Part shown: positions 1-13,300 of the stretch, in pieces | How positions within the stretch are numbered: position 1 is the first letter of the stretch | Layout: every line of letters begins with the position of its first letter | Source of the DNA: Setoptus koraiensis | Taxonomy: Eukaryota > Animalia > Arthropoda | DNA: 64,000 nucleotides | NCBI GenBank assembly: GCA_048013815.1 | Contig: CM106585.1 | Span: 13,950,001-14,014,000, forward strand | Reading direction: 5' to 3' | Notes under the pieces: generated by a model | Databases searched by the model: none | What the model saw: only the letters and a program-made list of their open reading frames with translations | Told to the model about the DNA's origin: nothing | Program-made: the position numbers and the translations under genes

Positions 1-452
1 TGCGCAACAGCAGCATCCCTCGATAGTGCGCCAGTGGTTGCTGTTGTTGTGGTGGTTGGTGTAGTTGTTGAGGTTGTTGTAGCTGTTGTTGGCGTTGTTG
101 TTGTTGCTGTTGCTGCTGTTGCGTCGTCTATTATTGGCTGGGCTTGTTTGTTGTCGTTGTTTGACAGCAACAACAAATTGTGCAAATCCTGTATACCGAG
201 CAACAATTTTCCCTTTGAGTCCATGGAAATGACACTCAAATCTAGCCGATGTTTCGACTTGAACACAGACTCTTTTGATGGCATCTCCAATAGTGATGGC
301 GGCCCAAACGGTATGCAAACACCGAATAGGGCCAATATAGGCTCCTGATTGCCGCTCACGGCCTGATCTGACTTGAGCGGGTGCCCGCCTAGGCCCATCA
401 TGGGCTGCCCCTGGCCGTGCAATACCTTTATGCGCCCTCTGATGTCCAGGCG
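1..452 (-). CDS. AHR: AhR exon 7 (PAS-A/PAS-B, partial, runs off window)
   Basis: [14 protein letters not shown]...[47 protein letters not shown]; acceptor gtttag at 453-455; frame stays open to position 1. Confidence 0.9.
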
Positions 453-3400
453 CTAAACAATTTTTTCATTGACCAAATTTGATACAACACATATTATATT
501 AGCATATTATACGGTGAGCAATATTAGATATTATTATATATTATGTTTACCGAAATGGCCGCCAGTGCCATATCGATACGACAGTAACATATTGATCAGC
601 TGACAGGACAGCGATTGTGGGACAATTGATGCATCCGCAATTGATCACATCATCGTGCCTGTTACATAATGTGTCCAGTGTCCATGATGACGCAATCATG
701 GGCTGTCATTGTTGAACAGAGCAGTGAGAACATAGCACAGACAATAATGCAAGGATGACAGCCAATGATAATGACATTAAAACAACAGCAACAGCAACAA
801 CAGCAACAACAACAACAACAACAAATCGATCATCATGATCACGGTTGGGTGCGGCCTTGTTTGGTTTGCCAGCGCCACTTACAACTATCGCTGTTGTTGC
901 CGGTTGTTGGTTGCCCGTTTGTTGTTGTTGGTTGCCCGTTTGTTGTTGTTGGTTGCCCGTTTGTTGTTGTTGTCGGCGGTGGTGGTGCTGTCATTTTTGC
1001 ACTGCCATTGTCATTGATCTGCATGGGTGCACCACTTAATGGGCTACCGTTGCTCGCCCAAACGCGCCCATCAACAATCGTCGTAAGCGAACGCAAACAA
1101 CAATCGTACACCAATCGCAGTCCGAAATAACAATTGCAACTCAAAATCACTACACTACTTACCAAAAAACCCGACGTGTTGTCCAGTAGACAGCGAAATC
1201 TCACTGTGAAGTTCCTCTCCAACATTTGCCGGTGTTCCTCTGCGATGTGGGCCCACATGAGCCGTCGATCGATTGTTGATAGACGAGACAAATACAAGAA
1301 AATTTGGTCAGCATAAACTATACAACAATACATAAATAAATAACATCATCGCTATATAAAGCTAAATGAAATAAAGGTTGCACGCGCTGGCAAGCTCACC
1401 TGAGTCGAGTACTTGCTGCAGCGACAGCGAGAAGCCGTTGCACTTGTCGCTGTCGGTCCCGTTGGCAGTGTTAGAGTTGTTAGTGGCGCTATTTGTTTGT
1501 TGACCGTGATTGTTGTTTGTAGTAGACGTATTCATGTGAGAGTTCCACATGAGCTGATGCATGAGCTCCTCGCGATCCTCCGAATGCACGAGCTCGTACA
1601 CGCTCTGGTGGCAAATGTCCGACTGTTTCCGGCGACGCGACGCGTCCAGTTGTGTTTTTAACCGATTTGGCGCCACCAAATTCAAAATTTCAAAATTTCA
1701 CAATTTTTCAATTTGCGAATCGTCGGCGCATTCGAATTAGCGAGTTTGCGAGTTTGCGAGTTGCCGGGTTGCCGGGTTGCCGAGATTGCCAATTTCGTGC
1801 GGTTGGGGCGATTCGTTGGATCGGGACGAGAGAAAAAGTTAGAGTCGTGTGATGATGATTTGCACGGCGAGCGTCAAGGTTGCGGCGCCACACAACGGGC
1901 CCCCCATTTGGCGGCCTCGGGCTGCCCGGCGCCGCAATGTGCCGGCGATGCGCCGGCAATGCTCTACCGGGTAGCCCGAAGCGAGCCAGCGAGAGCGGCC
2001 ACGGGCCAGAGAGCGGGCGTCTGGTCAGCAAATCGAGGCGACTGTCAAGTGCGTCTGGCTGGCACTTTGATAAGCTTTAAACGAGCGCGGGTAGAGCAAT
2101 AAAAATGTCAATTGACACTTTTATTGCCGGTGTGCGCAGCCGATTGCCAGCAGCCAGCCGGCAGCGGACAGGTAAATTCATGTTAATGCGCTTAATTGGA
2201 GGTAGGTGTCAAGTGGTGCGTAATTAACTCGTCTTGTCAAACTTTGATATATATCGTGCGTTGATTTATTGGCGCTTGCGAATTTGCGATTTCGTCTCAC
2301 TGTTGTTAGCAACTAAAATTAGATTTAATTTGATCGACTCTACCCGTACCGTCTGACTACAGGCTAACAACGGCCGGCCGACAGTTGCGCAACACTGAGC
2401 AGCAACAGCGACAACTTGCGACGAGCGACAGCGACAACTTGCGACGAGCGACAGCGACAACTTGTAGTCGACAAGCTGAGACAAATGCAAATTCAATTGA
2501 CAATTGCCAGCAGCAGATTTGCTTGCGTCATGTGGCCGGTGTCGGTGGTGTGGTTGTCGGTGGTGTTGTTGTTGGTGTTGTTGCTGGCGCTGTTGTCGGT
2601 GCCGTTGTTGTCGGTGTTGCAATGGTTGTCGCGTTGTTTTAGCAGCAACAACACATTAATCAGCGTGCCTTCAATTAGATTTATAGTGTCACTCTGAACA
2701 ATTATACACTGTGTGACTCACCTGGTGGAATCCCAAATAAGTTTCCACTGTATGCGAAGTATAAAACACTTCGCCATCACATGTTAGTATGAGCAAGAAT
2801 CCGTTCAAGGCCTTTGGTGTCGTTATTATTGTTTATTTCGTAGTTGTCACAGAATATTGTCGCATTGTCGTCGGTGCGCAACCAATTGTGATTGTTGTGA
2901 TTGTTGCGATTGTGAGTTTGTGCAAAGTTGTGCAAAGTTGTGCGCAAATTGGCGATGCAAATTGTGTGTTGTTGTAAATCGGTGTGAATCGTCGAGTTGG
3001 GTGAAGGAAGAATTGTAATTATAATTAGTACACTGATTAGTATTGGATAGGTGATTAGATTGAGCTTGTCGGGTAGAGAAGACCCAATGATTTGTATGCC
3101 GAATTGTGTGCCCATCATACAAATCTAGCCCCAATCTCATCTTGAGAGCTAGCCCGACGTGTCACGTTGGATTGCTCGACGCTCGTCGATTGGTCTCGAC
3201 ACTATACTAAAAATAATAAGTAAAATGTATTGCCTGTGCGTATTGGCGTCATTGTGTTGCAGTCGGACAGTGCGACCGGCATGAGCAAGGCAAGCGACTA
3301 ATTAGTCGCTAATTAGTGAGCAAACGCGAAAAATTGCGCCGTTTATCGCCCTATCACCTTGTCACTTCATGCTCGCTTTGTGTTTGTGGCCGCCATTGGA

Positions 3401-3673
3401 CAAAGTCGCTCACTGCGTAATCACTCTTGGTCACTCTTGGTCTGTTTGCTGGTCGCACTAGTGGACACAGGTAGTACACGGGTAATTAGATGCACGCCCG
3501 ATGGGCACCCAACAATCATAAAAACGATGCGGGTCCCCCGTTTCTAATTAGCATTTTGTAATTTTGTAATTTTGCACTGAGCGTAGCCGCGCCACCAGCT
3601 GCCAGCGGAGCCGCCGGCCAACAGGAAGTGGCAGTTGTAATGAGATTAGCGAGCGGACCCCCCACCTACACGC

Positions 3674-3710
<37 letters not shown>

Positions 3711-6700
3711 CGTGGCTGCAACAAAACGGCTCGTGCAAAATGTTTTTTCTCGACAGGCGACACACAAGCCACGCAAAATGCCTGCGCCGACCTGCTGGCC
3801 ACACAAACAAACGGATAATTCAGACTCTGAATTATCTCTGAATATCAGAGATTGAATTATCCCTACTGACTCCTTATAATCAATGTTGCGCCACACACAA
3901 ATGCGGCCAAAGTCGCCCTGCGCCACAATTACCGGACACTTGTTTGCCGGGATGACCGGGCAAGTTGCACGAGTTTTCGGTGCGGCCAAAATGCCATTTT
4001 CGTAATGACAATGACACTGATGCCGTTGGTTAATTGTCTGTTTCTTGGGCGATTCTGCAGCATCAGCAGCACTCAAGTTGAGAGTCTCGATTGCAGGCTC
4101 ACTTCGATTGGCGCAACATTGGGGCATTGGCATTGTCAGGCAGAAAAGGCGCCGATGTCGAGCTATGCCACTGCAAACTGCAGCATTTTATACAACGATT
4201 TGTATACAATTTTATACACCGATTTGTATACAATTTTATACAACGATTTGTATACAATTGTGTACAAATGGATGAAAATTTTGGATTAAACTGGCACTTG
4301 GTTGGTGATGTTTGCAACGTACAACAATGCGCGTTATATCGAGCGATGGCGGCCATCGATAAATCGCTGTCGGCCGGCCAGTATCACGAGCGGCGCCATT
4401 CAAGTGACAGGTGAGATAGGTCAACAAGCAATTGCAATTGCATCAGTGTGTCGCCGCAAAAACACATTCTAATAACATATACATTGTTGTATACGTTGTT
4501 GTAACATGTAGGTTTGGGCGCTGTTCCCATGGCCCGTTGCATTGGCCATTGGTCATTATAAAACGGCGCGCGGCACAATGGGATATCTCTCTCTAGTGAC
4601 TCTCTAGTGACTCGCGAGCCAGCAGCGAGTCAATAGAGAGCGAGAGAGACAGAGAGAGATAAAATCATTCAATCATCATTATTATCATTATCGTTATTAT
4701 CTTGTGACTAGTCAACAATAACTGTAATTTATCATGTCAGACAATGTGATCGTCGTCATGTGCGACCATCATTGTGTGCCTGCCACAATCTGTTTGCCTA
4801 TACCCAATCAGCTGTATCATTTGTGTTTGTTGGGCGCTGTTTGTCGTTGTTGTTGTCGTTGTTGTTGCTGCTGCTGTTGTTGGTGTCGTTGTTGCTGTTG
4901 TGTGGCGCCGCTAACACCAACTATCGCTATATATAGATGGTAGCAACAACAGCGCCAACAACAGCGCCAACCACAACAACCAACAAACAACAGCACACAA
5001 ACAACGTTGCAACTGTGCAAGTGTGTGAACAACAATGTCGCCCCCAAACTGGCCACTGGTCACCTGGTGAATGCACTCGCACGAGCACGTGCTCCACTCA
5101 TTACATCATCGTCGTCGCGCGTTTATAGTTGCACGGGCAGTGCATTGGGCCCATTGCATCAGCTTGTGTGTGTGTGTGTATTGCGTCAGCTTGTATGTAT
5201 TGCGTCATGTCAGTGTATTATAGGTGCCCCTCGAGTTCGTTTGCACGCAATGTGCACCAGTGCACAGTTGTGCCGCCCTCTGTGCCATTGGCGTTCCTGC
5301 GCCAACTTTGCCAACTACATTACTCATCTTGACAGCTATTGTGAGCTACATTTGTACATTTGCACATTTGCCATCTCTGTGCCACTTTCGCCAAACACTC
5401 CATCTGTGTGCTAGTTTCGCCAAACATTTCATCTCTGTGCAAAAAGGGCAGCGCACACACACGAGCGAGGCCATTAGTAAATGACCATTCCGGCCTGACC
5501 GTGAGCCGTCAAAGTGAGCCGAGCAAAGTTCAGTTTCAAAGCAGTTTGACAGCGTGTTGCGGGTTGTCGAAACAGCTAACAACAATCGTAATTAGCTCGC
5601 TCGCCCGTGCCGACCATATGCTCGTTGGCGCCACTTGACCGCTCGGGCGACTCGGGCAACGCGGGCGACTCGGGCAACGCGGGGGCGCGAGCGAGGCCAG
5701 TCGCTAGCGGAGTGGAACATGGACGATAAATGAGCAGCAACTAATTGAATTGTTGTCGACATCAATAATGCGTTTATGGCCCGTGTGTGTCAGTGATAAA
5801 GTCGTGACTTGACTCAAATAACTCGAGCAGCCAGCTCATGACTAGAGCCAATTGTTGTTGTGATATCAATGTGCGATCAAATTGCGTCATATCAACTGGC
5901 CAATTTGCTCTTGTTTGTTGATGTTTGCGTTTATCCAGTTTTATGGTTATGATGTCTCGCTGTTGTTGTCGTTGTCGCTGTTGTTGTCGTTGTCGCTGTT
6001 GTTGTCGTTGTCGCTGTTGTTGTCGTTGTCGCTGTTGTTGTCGTTGTCGCTGTTGTTGTTGTTGTCGCAATTGGAGCAAGCAGCCGCGCGAAAGAGGCCA
6101 ATGCTCAAGATTTCATGACGACCATGATGAGCATGGTGATGATGGCGTGACAAGCGACGGTCACCATCATCATCACGGCTACTGTCATCATTTATAACTG
6201 CACACACACACACACACACACACATGACGCAACATGACGCAATAGATAAATGGACGCAAATAAATAAGACATTGCCGCTGGTATCGATGGCAATTGACGG
6301 CCAGCTGATTGTTGTGTCATGATGATATTTGTGTCATCATTGTCATGACGATATTGTCATTATTATCTCTATCACTATTGCAACTGCCATTACTGGCGCT
6401 GTTACTGTTACGAGATGCTCCATGTGGAGCGTCGCAGCCAATATAGGCGAGCTCATGAGAAAATTGTTGATATATCCCATGATTTGAACAGCACACTCAA
6501 CTCATAGTGTCACTACAAACCGCATAGTGTCACTGCGGACCGCATAGTGTCACTGCCCAGTGCATAGTGTGTTCCCATGACACACTCGCTCGTTTGAGTG
6601 GCATTACGTAACTGGAATTACGTAACTGGAATTATGTAACTAGGCAACGCAGCGCCAGCACTAATACACAGACAGCCTCTTTGGCCTCTTTAGAACTCTT

Positions 6701-9700
6701 TGCCGGCCAAACTTTGGCCGGCAATGGCGAGTGGTCGCTTCGCTGGTCAATCTAACTAGATTAACCGCTCACCGCTGCTGCCAACTGCGCCAAAGTCACC
6801 TGGCGGCGGATCGTACGCAATCATATAATATCATAAATATATATCATAAATATAATTATGTCTGTGTTTGGCCGCCATTGCCGCCGCATCATACAGGCAA
6901 ACGCATCTCACACAGGCAATAAAGGTAAATACGAGTAATATCCAATATTACAATACCAATCCAATATAAACTAATGCGAATATAATGGTTGTCCCAAAGT
7001 GGTGCCAGGGTGCACACGTAACGACATAATAATTTCGGCCAGCATTTCGGCCAGCAGCAACAAGCGCGGTCATGCATCATTAACTATTGACTAATAGTTA
7101 CGTAAGACACTGTCCACTCATAATGATCGGCTGGCTGCTGCTGCTGCACCCTGCGTCATCGCTTTATTATTATTGGACACTGTGTCATATCTGCCAACAA
7201 CGACTAGTGGTGGGAACGCAAACTACGCCGACGGCGAGCCAACTGCGCCGACGGCGAGCCAATCGTGTCAATGAATTGCGACAAAACAAACATGTCACAT
7301 GATAAGCAGATAATAATAACTGCTCGCTGCCATGACAACGTGACTCATAATCGGACTCGAAATCGGACTCATAATCGCACTCATAATCGCACTCATAATC
7401 GCACTCATAATCGGACTCGTAATTGGATCAATATGCCAGCATCAACAATGTCAGTGGCAGAGGCGACAAAAGTGACCGAAACTCACCTGTAGAATGAGAT
7501 CTCCTTCCATTTTCAGTTGTGGTGGGTACGACAGATTGCCAGTGTTGTTGTTGTTGTTGTGTTGCGCTACCTGGTGATGATGATGCTGGTGATGGTGATG
7601 AGAGTGCTGGTTGTGCGCCGCTGGATCTAGGTGGTTGTTGTACTGATGATGATGATACGACGCCAGGTAGTGAGCTTGTTGCTGTTGTTGATGGTGCTGT
7701 GAGGATGGATTTGTCATGCCGGCGCTAGAGGCAAGCTGCTGCTGCTGCTGACCGTGCCCGTCCACGTGTAAAGGAACTAGGTGATGCTGACCATTGTGAG
7801 TAGTGTGCTGGTCGTGGTGCAAATTGCCACCCGTTTGCGTGCCATTTGAATAGCCGGCGGACAGGTTGCCGGCGCCTATTGCCAACTTTTTGTTGCCCAT
7901 CACCGAGGGCCTCAATTCTCGTTGTCTGGCCAGTGCGGCTGCCCGTTCGCGCAGTCCATTTTTATATTAATCCGTTTTTTTATTAATCCAATTTTCCATT
8001 CAAATTTTATTAATCCAATGAGCCAACAAGCCCGAGATTATGTTTCATATTTATGTTTATTTATGTTGCCGTTTGGGTCGTTTTATTGGTCCAAATCCAA
8101 AGCGATACAGACACGGGGATAAAGAGCGACCGGTTAGTAGCCGAATATCGTGGTGATAATTAACAGGTATAATTGTCACCCTAGATTTAGAATTCGCCCT
8201 GGATCTCATCATCAACGGTGCTCGATTGAGATGCACCCATCAGGCACAACATGATGGCAACTGGTCACGAATGGACAACAGGGTAAACAGGGTTTTCGCA
8301 AGGGACACGCCACGAAAGGAACGAAAGGAGGTCCGAGCGAAACTCATTGGCTGAATCGCGAGATTGTCGGAACAGATATTCGCTGTGCGAGCAACCCTTT
8401 CGTTGTTGCTGACATGATTCGATATTATTTGATATGGAAATGCGTTGCTCAATTATCAATGGTCGCAGAAATCACACTTTGCAAGACACTTTCGAAATTG
8501 AAATCTCAACAGTGTCTTGCAAAAACGTGCGTGCACCCCGTGACGGACCACGTATAAAGCGCGCATGAATTTGCGAAATTTTCAGCGATCACTTTTTTCG
8601 GCGTCAATTTTTTCTGCGGTCATTTTTTTCGGCGATCATTTTTTTTTTTCGGTGATTATTCCTGGAACCAGGATAGCGCTGCAAAGAAAGGCGCTTCTTG
8701 CACCTTACTTTGCAGCGTTTGCTCGGGCAAACGGGGAAACAGTAACAGTAGTTTGAGTTTTCGGAAATTTGGGCCAACGATGAATTCCGTTAGTGGGCAT
8801 CTTGCGCACAGATTGCAAAGATTTACATTGTTGGGGGCAGCTGATTCGGGCTGACGCAATACGCAGTGCTGGCACAAACGACAGCAATTGCGTCGTTTGT
8901 GCAATTAGGGCGTAACTGAGCCACGACGTGAGCAGGTGATGTGCGCTGCGACGCTTAATTACGTAACGTCGCTGTTGGTCGCTGATGATGATTGGCCGCG
9001 CATCGGGGCCGCCGCGCTTGTTTCCGGCGCAGCGCGCACAGTTGCCGGCAACACGATGTGGCACATTGTTGTCGCCGATTTGCAACGCCAACAACAACAA
9101 CAGCAGCAACAGCAGCGGCCATAGCAGCGGCAACAACAGCGGCAACAACGACAACAACGACGACAACAGCGAGCAATTTCGCACGGCGCGGCGCACAGAG
9201 CGCCGCCATAAGGCACACGGTTGCGCGCTTTGCGGGGCCGAGTTGCGCTTTGCGGGGCGGCGTGTTGCGCAAAAGCATAATTAGCGTGCCCATTCAATCA
9301 ATCAATCAAAGGTGCACTTTGGCGACTGGCCGAAATCAGCTGCTCGCTGGAGCGGCCAGCGGCGGCGTAGTTACGTCACTGTCGAGTGCCGCTAACGAGA
9401 TGTTGTGCGCTCGTTTGGACGGCTCGGTCGCAGGCCAGCAGCCGCGCCAGCGCCAACAACCGCCGCAACAACCACGCCAACGACAGCAGCAACAACGGCA
9501 ACAACGACAGCAACAACAACAACAACGGCAACAACAACGGCAACATTGTTTATTGCTGTTGCAGCTCGGCAGCGCGTGCTTTCGGCCGACGATAACTGCC
9601 GGCCGAAATGTTGCCGCTGCTTTTTACGCTAATCGACGCGGCGGGCGCCCAGTTTTCGCTGGCGGGCCCCCGAACGGCGCAAAAGATAAAAGATCGATCA

Positions 9701-10329
9701 TGCAACGGCGGCGCGCACTCAGGTAAGCATCATTAGCCAATGATGATGTTTGCCGATGTTGGCGTCGATGTAACTTGTCCGTACGGTACGGCACACATAC
9801 ACTGAATTGAATCACTGGAGGCCCGCGCTGGGTATCGCGCCAGCCAACGGGCGCAAGCTGCCCGTACGCGCAACATTACGCAACGTGGCGCGTAGCCAAC
9901 ATCGCGCAACATTGCGCGTAGCCAACATTACGTAACGTTGCGTAGGTGAGTGGGCGTTTTTTGTTGGCCGTTTCGTTGTTGTTGTCGGCTGGCTGGCTGG
10001 CCGACCGATGTTGGTGTTCACAACAGTTTGCGGGCCGCTTTTGTTGGCGCTGACAAACAGAGCTTGTGAGAACAGAAACGATCGAGGCGACTGCATCGAT
10101 TTGTGGCCGATTCGCGCAACTATTCGCACGCTGCCACCCAATCCCAATTCGAATTTCGAAGGGCGCCCGCCGACGCAACTTTGTTGTCTGGCCCCACTGG
10201 CGACCGCTTGGCCGCCCGATCGGTACGTTAGGGTACGAACGCGGTACGTTGGGGGCCCGACAGGCGCCGCTAACACTGGCCGCACATACAGTTTGCAGCA
10301 ACAAAAATAAACCGTTACAATGGGTGACT

Positions 10330-10364
<35 letters not shown>

Positions 10365-13300
10365 ATGCATGCATTATTAGCGAGCATTGTCGCGCATTTT
10401 TACCTGTGCGCGTCATAATGATTATCTGGCCAGTGGCCAGGTAGCCCGGTGGCCACACGATGGCCAGACGACAGCAGCGCCCCTGCACAGGAAGTGGCAT
10501 CGCTACTATTGATTATAACGCGTGCGCTATAATGCAGCGCAGGCTATAAGGCGACTCGGTGTGTGGGCGAGAGAGGGCGACAGGGGCGAACAAGAGCAAG
10601 CGGCGACAAACAATGAGAAAGTTGCGCAATCTGATTTTAATGTTGGCTTGCAAATGGGGCTGCGACCGCACGTCTATATCTGGTGCATCTATAGGCAGTG
10701 TCTATGTGCCTATTGTGTCTATTTGTATTGTGTAACATGTATATATTACGTAATATCTGTATATTACGTAATATTTGTATATTATGTAATATCTGTATAT
10801 TATGCAATATCTATTTTGTGTGTGCATTATGTAATATCTATGTGTCATGGGCGACTTTTGCAGCATATAGAAAATCAATATTGGCCCAATCAATCAATAA
10901 TTGTTATTGACTGAACGGGCAGCGGTGCGTCCATTATGCTGTCCATTATCTGGCCACTGTTGGCATAACAACCGGCCCGGCTAACGGTGCCAACTGGTGC
11001 ATTCACCGCAAACTGTCTCTTTTTCGGGCAAGTTGTGGCTGCGCTGCGGGCGAGTCGTGGCCGCGTATCGGGCGAGTCGTGGCCGCGTATCGGGCGAGTC
11101 GTCGCCGCAATTCGGGCAAACTGTCCATTGTCGCTGGGCAAACAAGCTTGTCGCTTCGTGGAACAAGCGGCCAATAACACAGGTAGCAAAAGGCACTAGA
11201 TAACTAGTAATGCTGGCAATCATCCGGTAATTTCAGCAATGTTCCAGCGACTGTTCGGCAGTCGCCGGAATACGGTGCCCAATATAAATATACATGATGG
11301 CAACGGATGAAATATTGAATTTAAGCGCTGCGGGGTCCCCTTCGAGCACTGGCCGTTGTTTGCATGCTAACGACAGACTCGTTCGCGCCTCACTGGGCGC
11401 CGCTTTTGTCGTCGTTGTCATCTTACAAGTTGTTGAGTGGCGGCCTAACTGTGCAACGACTGGCCCCCAGCGGCAGCCTTCGTTGGGCCACGAGATAGCG
11501 GCTTCTAGGCACCGGATAGCGGCTTCTAGGCACTAAATTGCCGATACTAGAGAGGTAATAATCGACTCGACACAAGCGCCACAGTTTGTGTATTGATTAG
11601 TGTGTGGCACGCGCAACTGTGGCGCCCTATTTCGTTATTGCATGTGCGCTTGCTCGTACGACATGGAATGAACAAAAAATACACACATTATCTAATCTAA
11701 ATACAACAGTATCTAATGAAATATATCAAAGTCTTTAAATAAGCGACATTGGCGACAAACACGCCGTTGTTTAATGAGCGTCATTATGGGCCCGTTACGT
11801 AACAGGCAGCGAGCGGGCAGATTTGTTGACACGTCGGTTGGCGCAGCGCGTTGAGTGGCCGTCAACTAATCAGGTCAGCTTTTTATTGACTTTGTGCACG
11901 TACGGCCAGACCTATAGTTATTTATATATTGTATTTTTGCGACATTGAGCTGTCGTCAGATTTGCGACTTTGATCTCTTGTCCGATTTGCGATTGTGAGC
12001 TCTTGTCCGAGCAGACTGTGCAGCGACTCGCAGCAATCGCCTTCAGCTGTCAGTGGGTTGTCAGTTGAATTGGGCACAATTTGGCCAAAATTTGCACACA
12101 ATTTGCTCACAATTTGCAGCGTTGTCGCCACTCGCCACCGACAGCCGACCACCGACAACCGACAACCGACAACCGACAAGTGCGACAACCACCGACGACC
12201 GACAGCCGACAAGTGCATCTCGCCAACTCCAACTGGCCGGCAAGCCCCTCTTGCGTCGCTCGTTGGGTCGCTCGTCGCGTCGCTCGTTGGGTCGCTCGTC
12301 GCGTCGCTCGTTGGGTCGCTCGTTGCGTCACTGTTGGCGGCGGCAATCGCCAGCTCGGCCAGCTCGGCACTCGATGATTTGTTGGCCTGCATACATTATA
12401 TATTTGCCATTGTGTTTGCGTTGGCTCCGATTGTCAGTTGTCGCCATTGTCATGGTGAGTGGGTGTGTTGTGCTCATTACTGCCTGACACACACACAACG
12501 TACACGTTCATTAGCGAAGTCAATTAGCGACTTTTAGTTGGTTGCTTCATCGGCGTCGCCGGCGTCGTGGCGGCCACTGCCAGTGGCAGCCATGCTCACC
12601 GACCAGCGCCGTCTATTTTCATTCACGGCTCGCTCATTCGGCGGCTGCTGGCTGCCGAATGGCTGTCGAATGGCTGCCGAATGCCGAATTCGGCAACCGG
12701 CTCCGCTAATGAGAATCAACAATTTACAATTTAAATTCGCAACTGTGCCCGCTGCCGACACTTCCGAGCAGCAGACCAACGTCGTCGTTTTTCATAATTA
12801 TAATTCAGTCTTTTTATAGAGGCTCTGCACACTCACTATAGACAAATTTCGCCTGTTTATAGACAATCGGCGGCGCCAGCCACTCGAGCCGCGCTTCGAC
12901 TCGCAATTTTCGAGCAACATTTCGAGCAATTTCTCGAGCAATTTCTCGAGCGATTCCTCGAGCGATTTCTCGAGCAATTGTTCGAGTCGCTGCGACAGTT
13001 TGCAGCAGGCACGGCGCGCATTCCTGCGAGCCATTTCCTCTCGCTAGAGCCCGGTTGCGAGCCACAATGCGCCCCGGGCGGCCGCACCGATATACGCATA
13101 TATTTTTGTATCTAGATGCATGCAAATAATTTTGTCCGCCAGTGTGTGCCGCGTATCGGGCCGCGGCGCCAGACCCCACCGACTCGGTGCGGTTTGACAC
13201 CGAGCGCCGTAGCGATCCGATGATCCGACGGCGCCCTCAAACGCGTCGCTGGCCGATCTCGCTGCCAGACGATCGGATATTTCAACCGTTCAATTGCATC

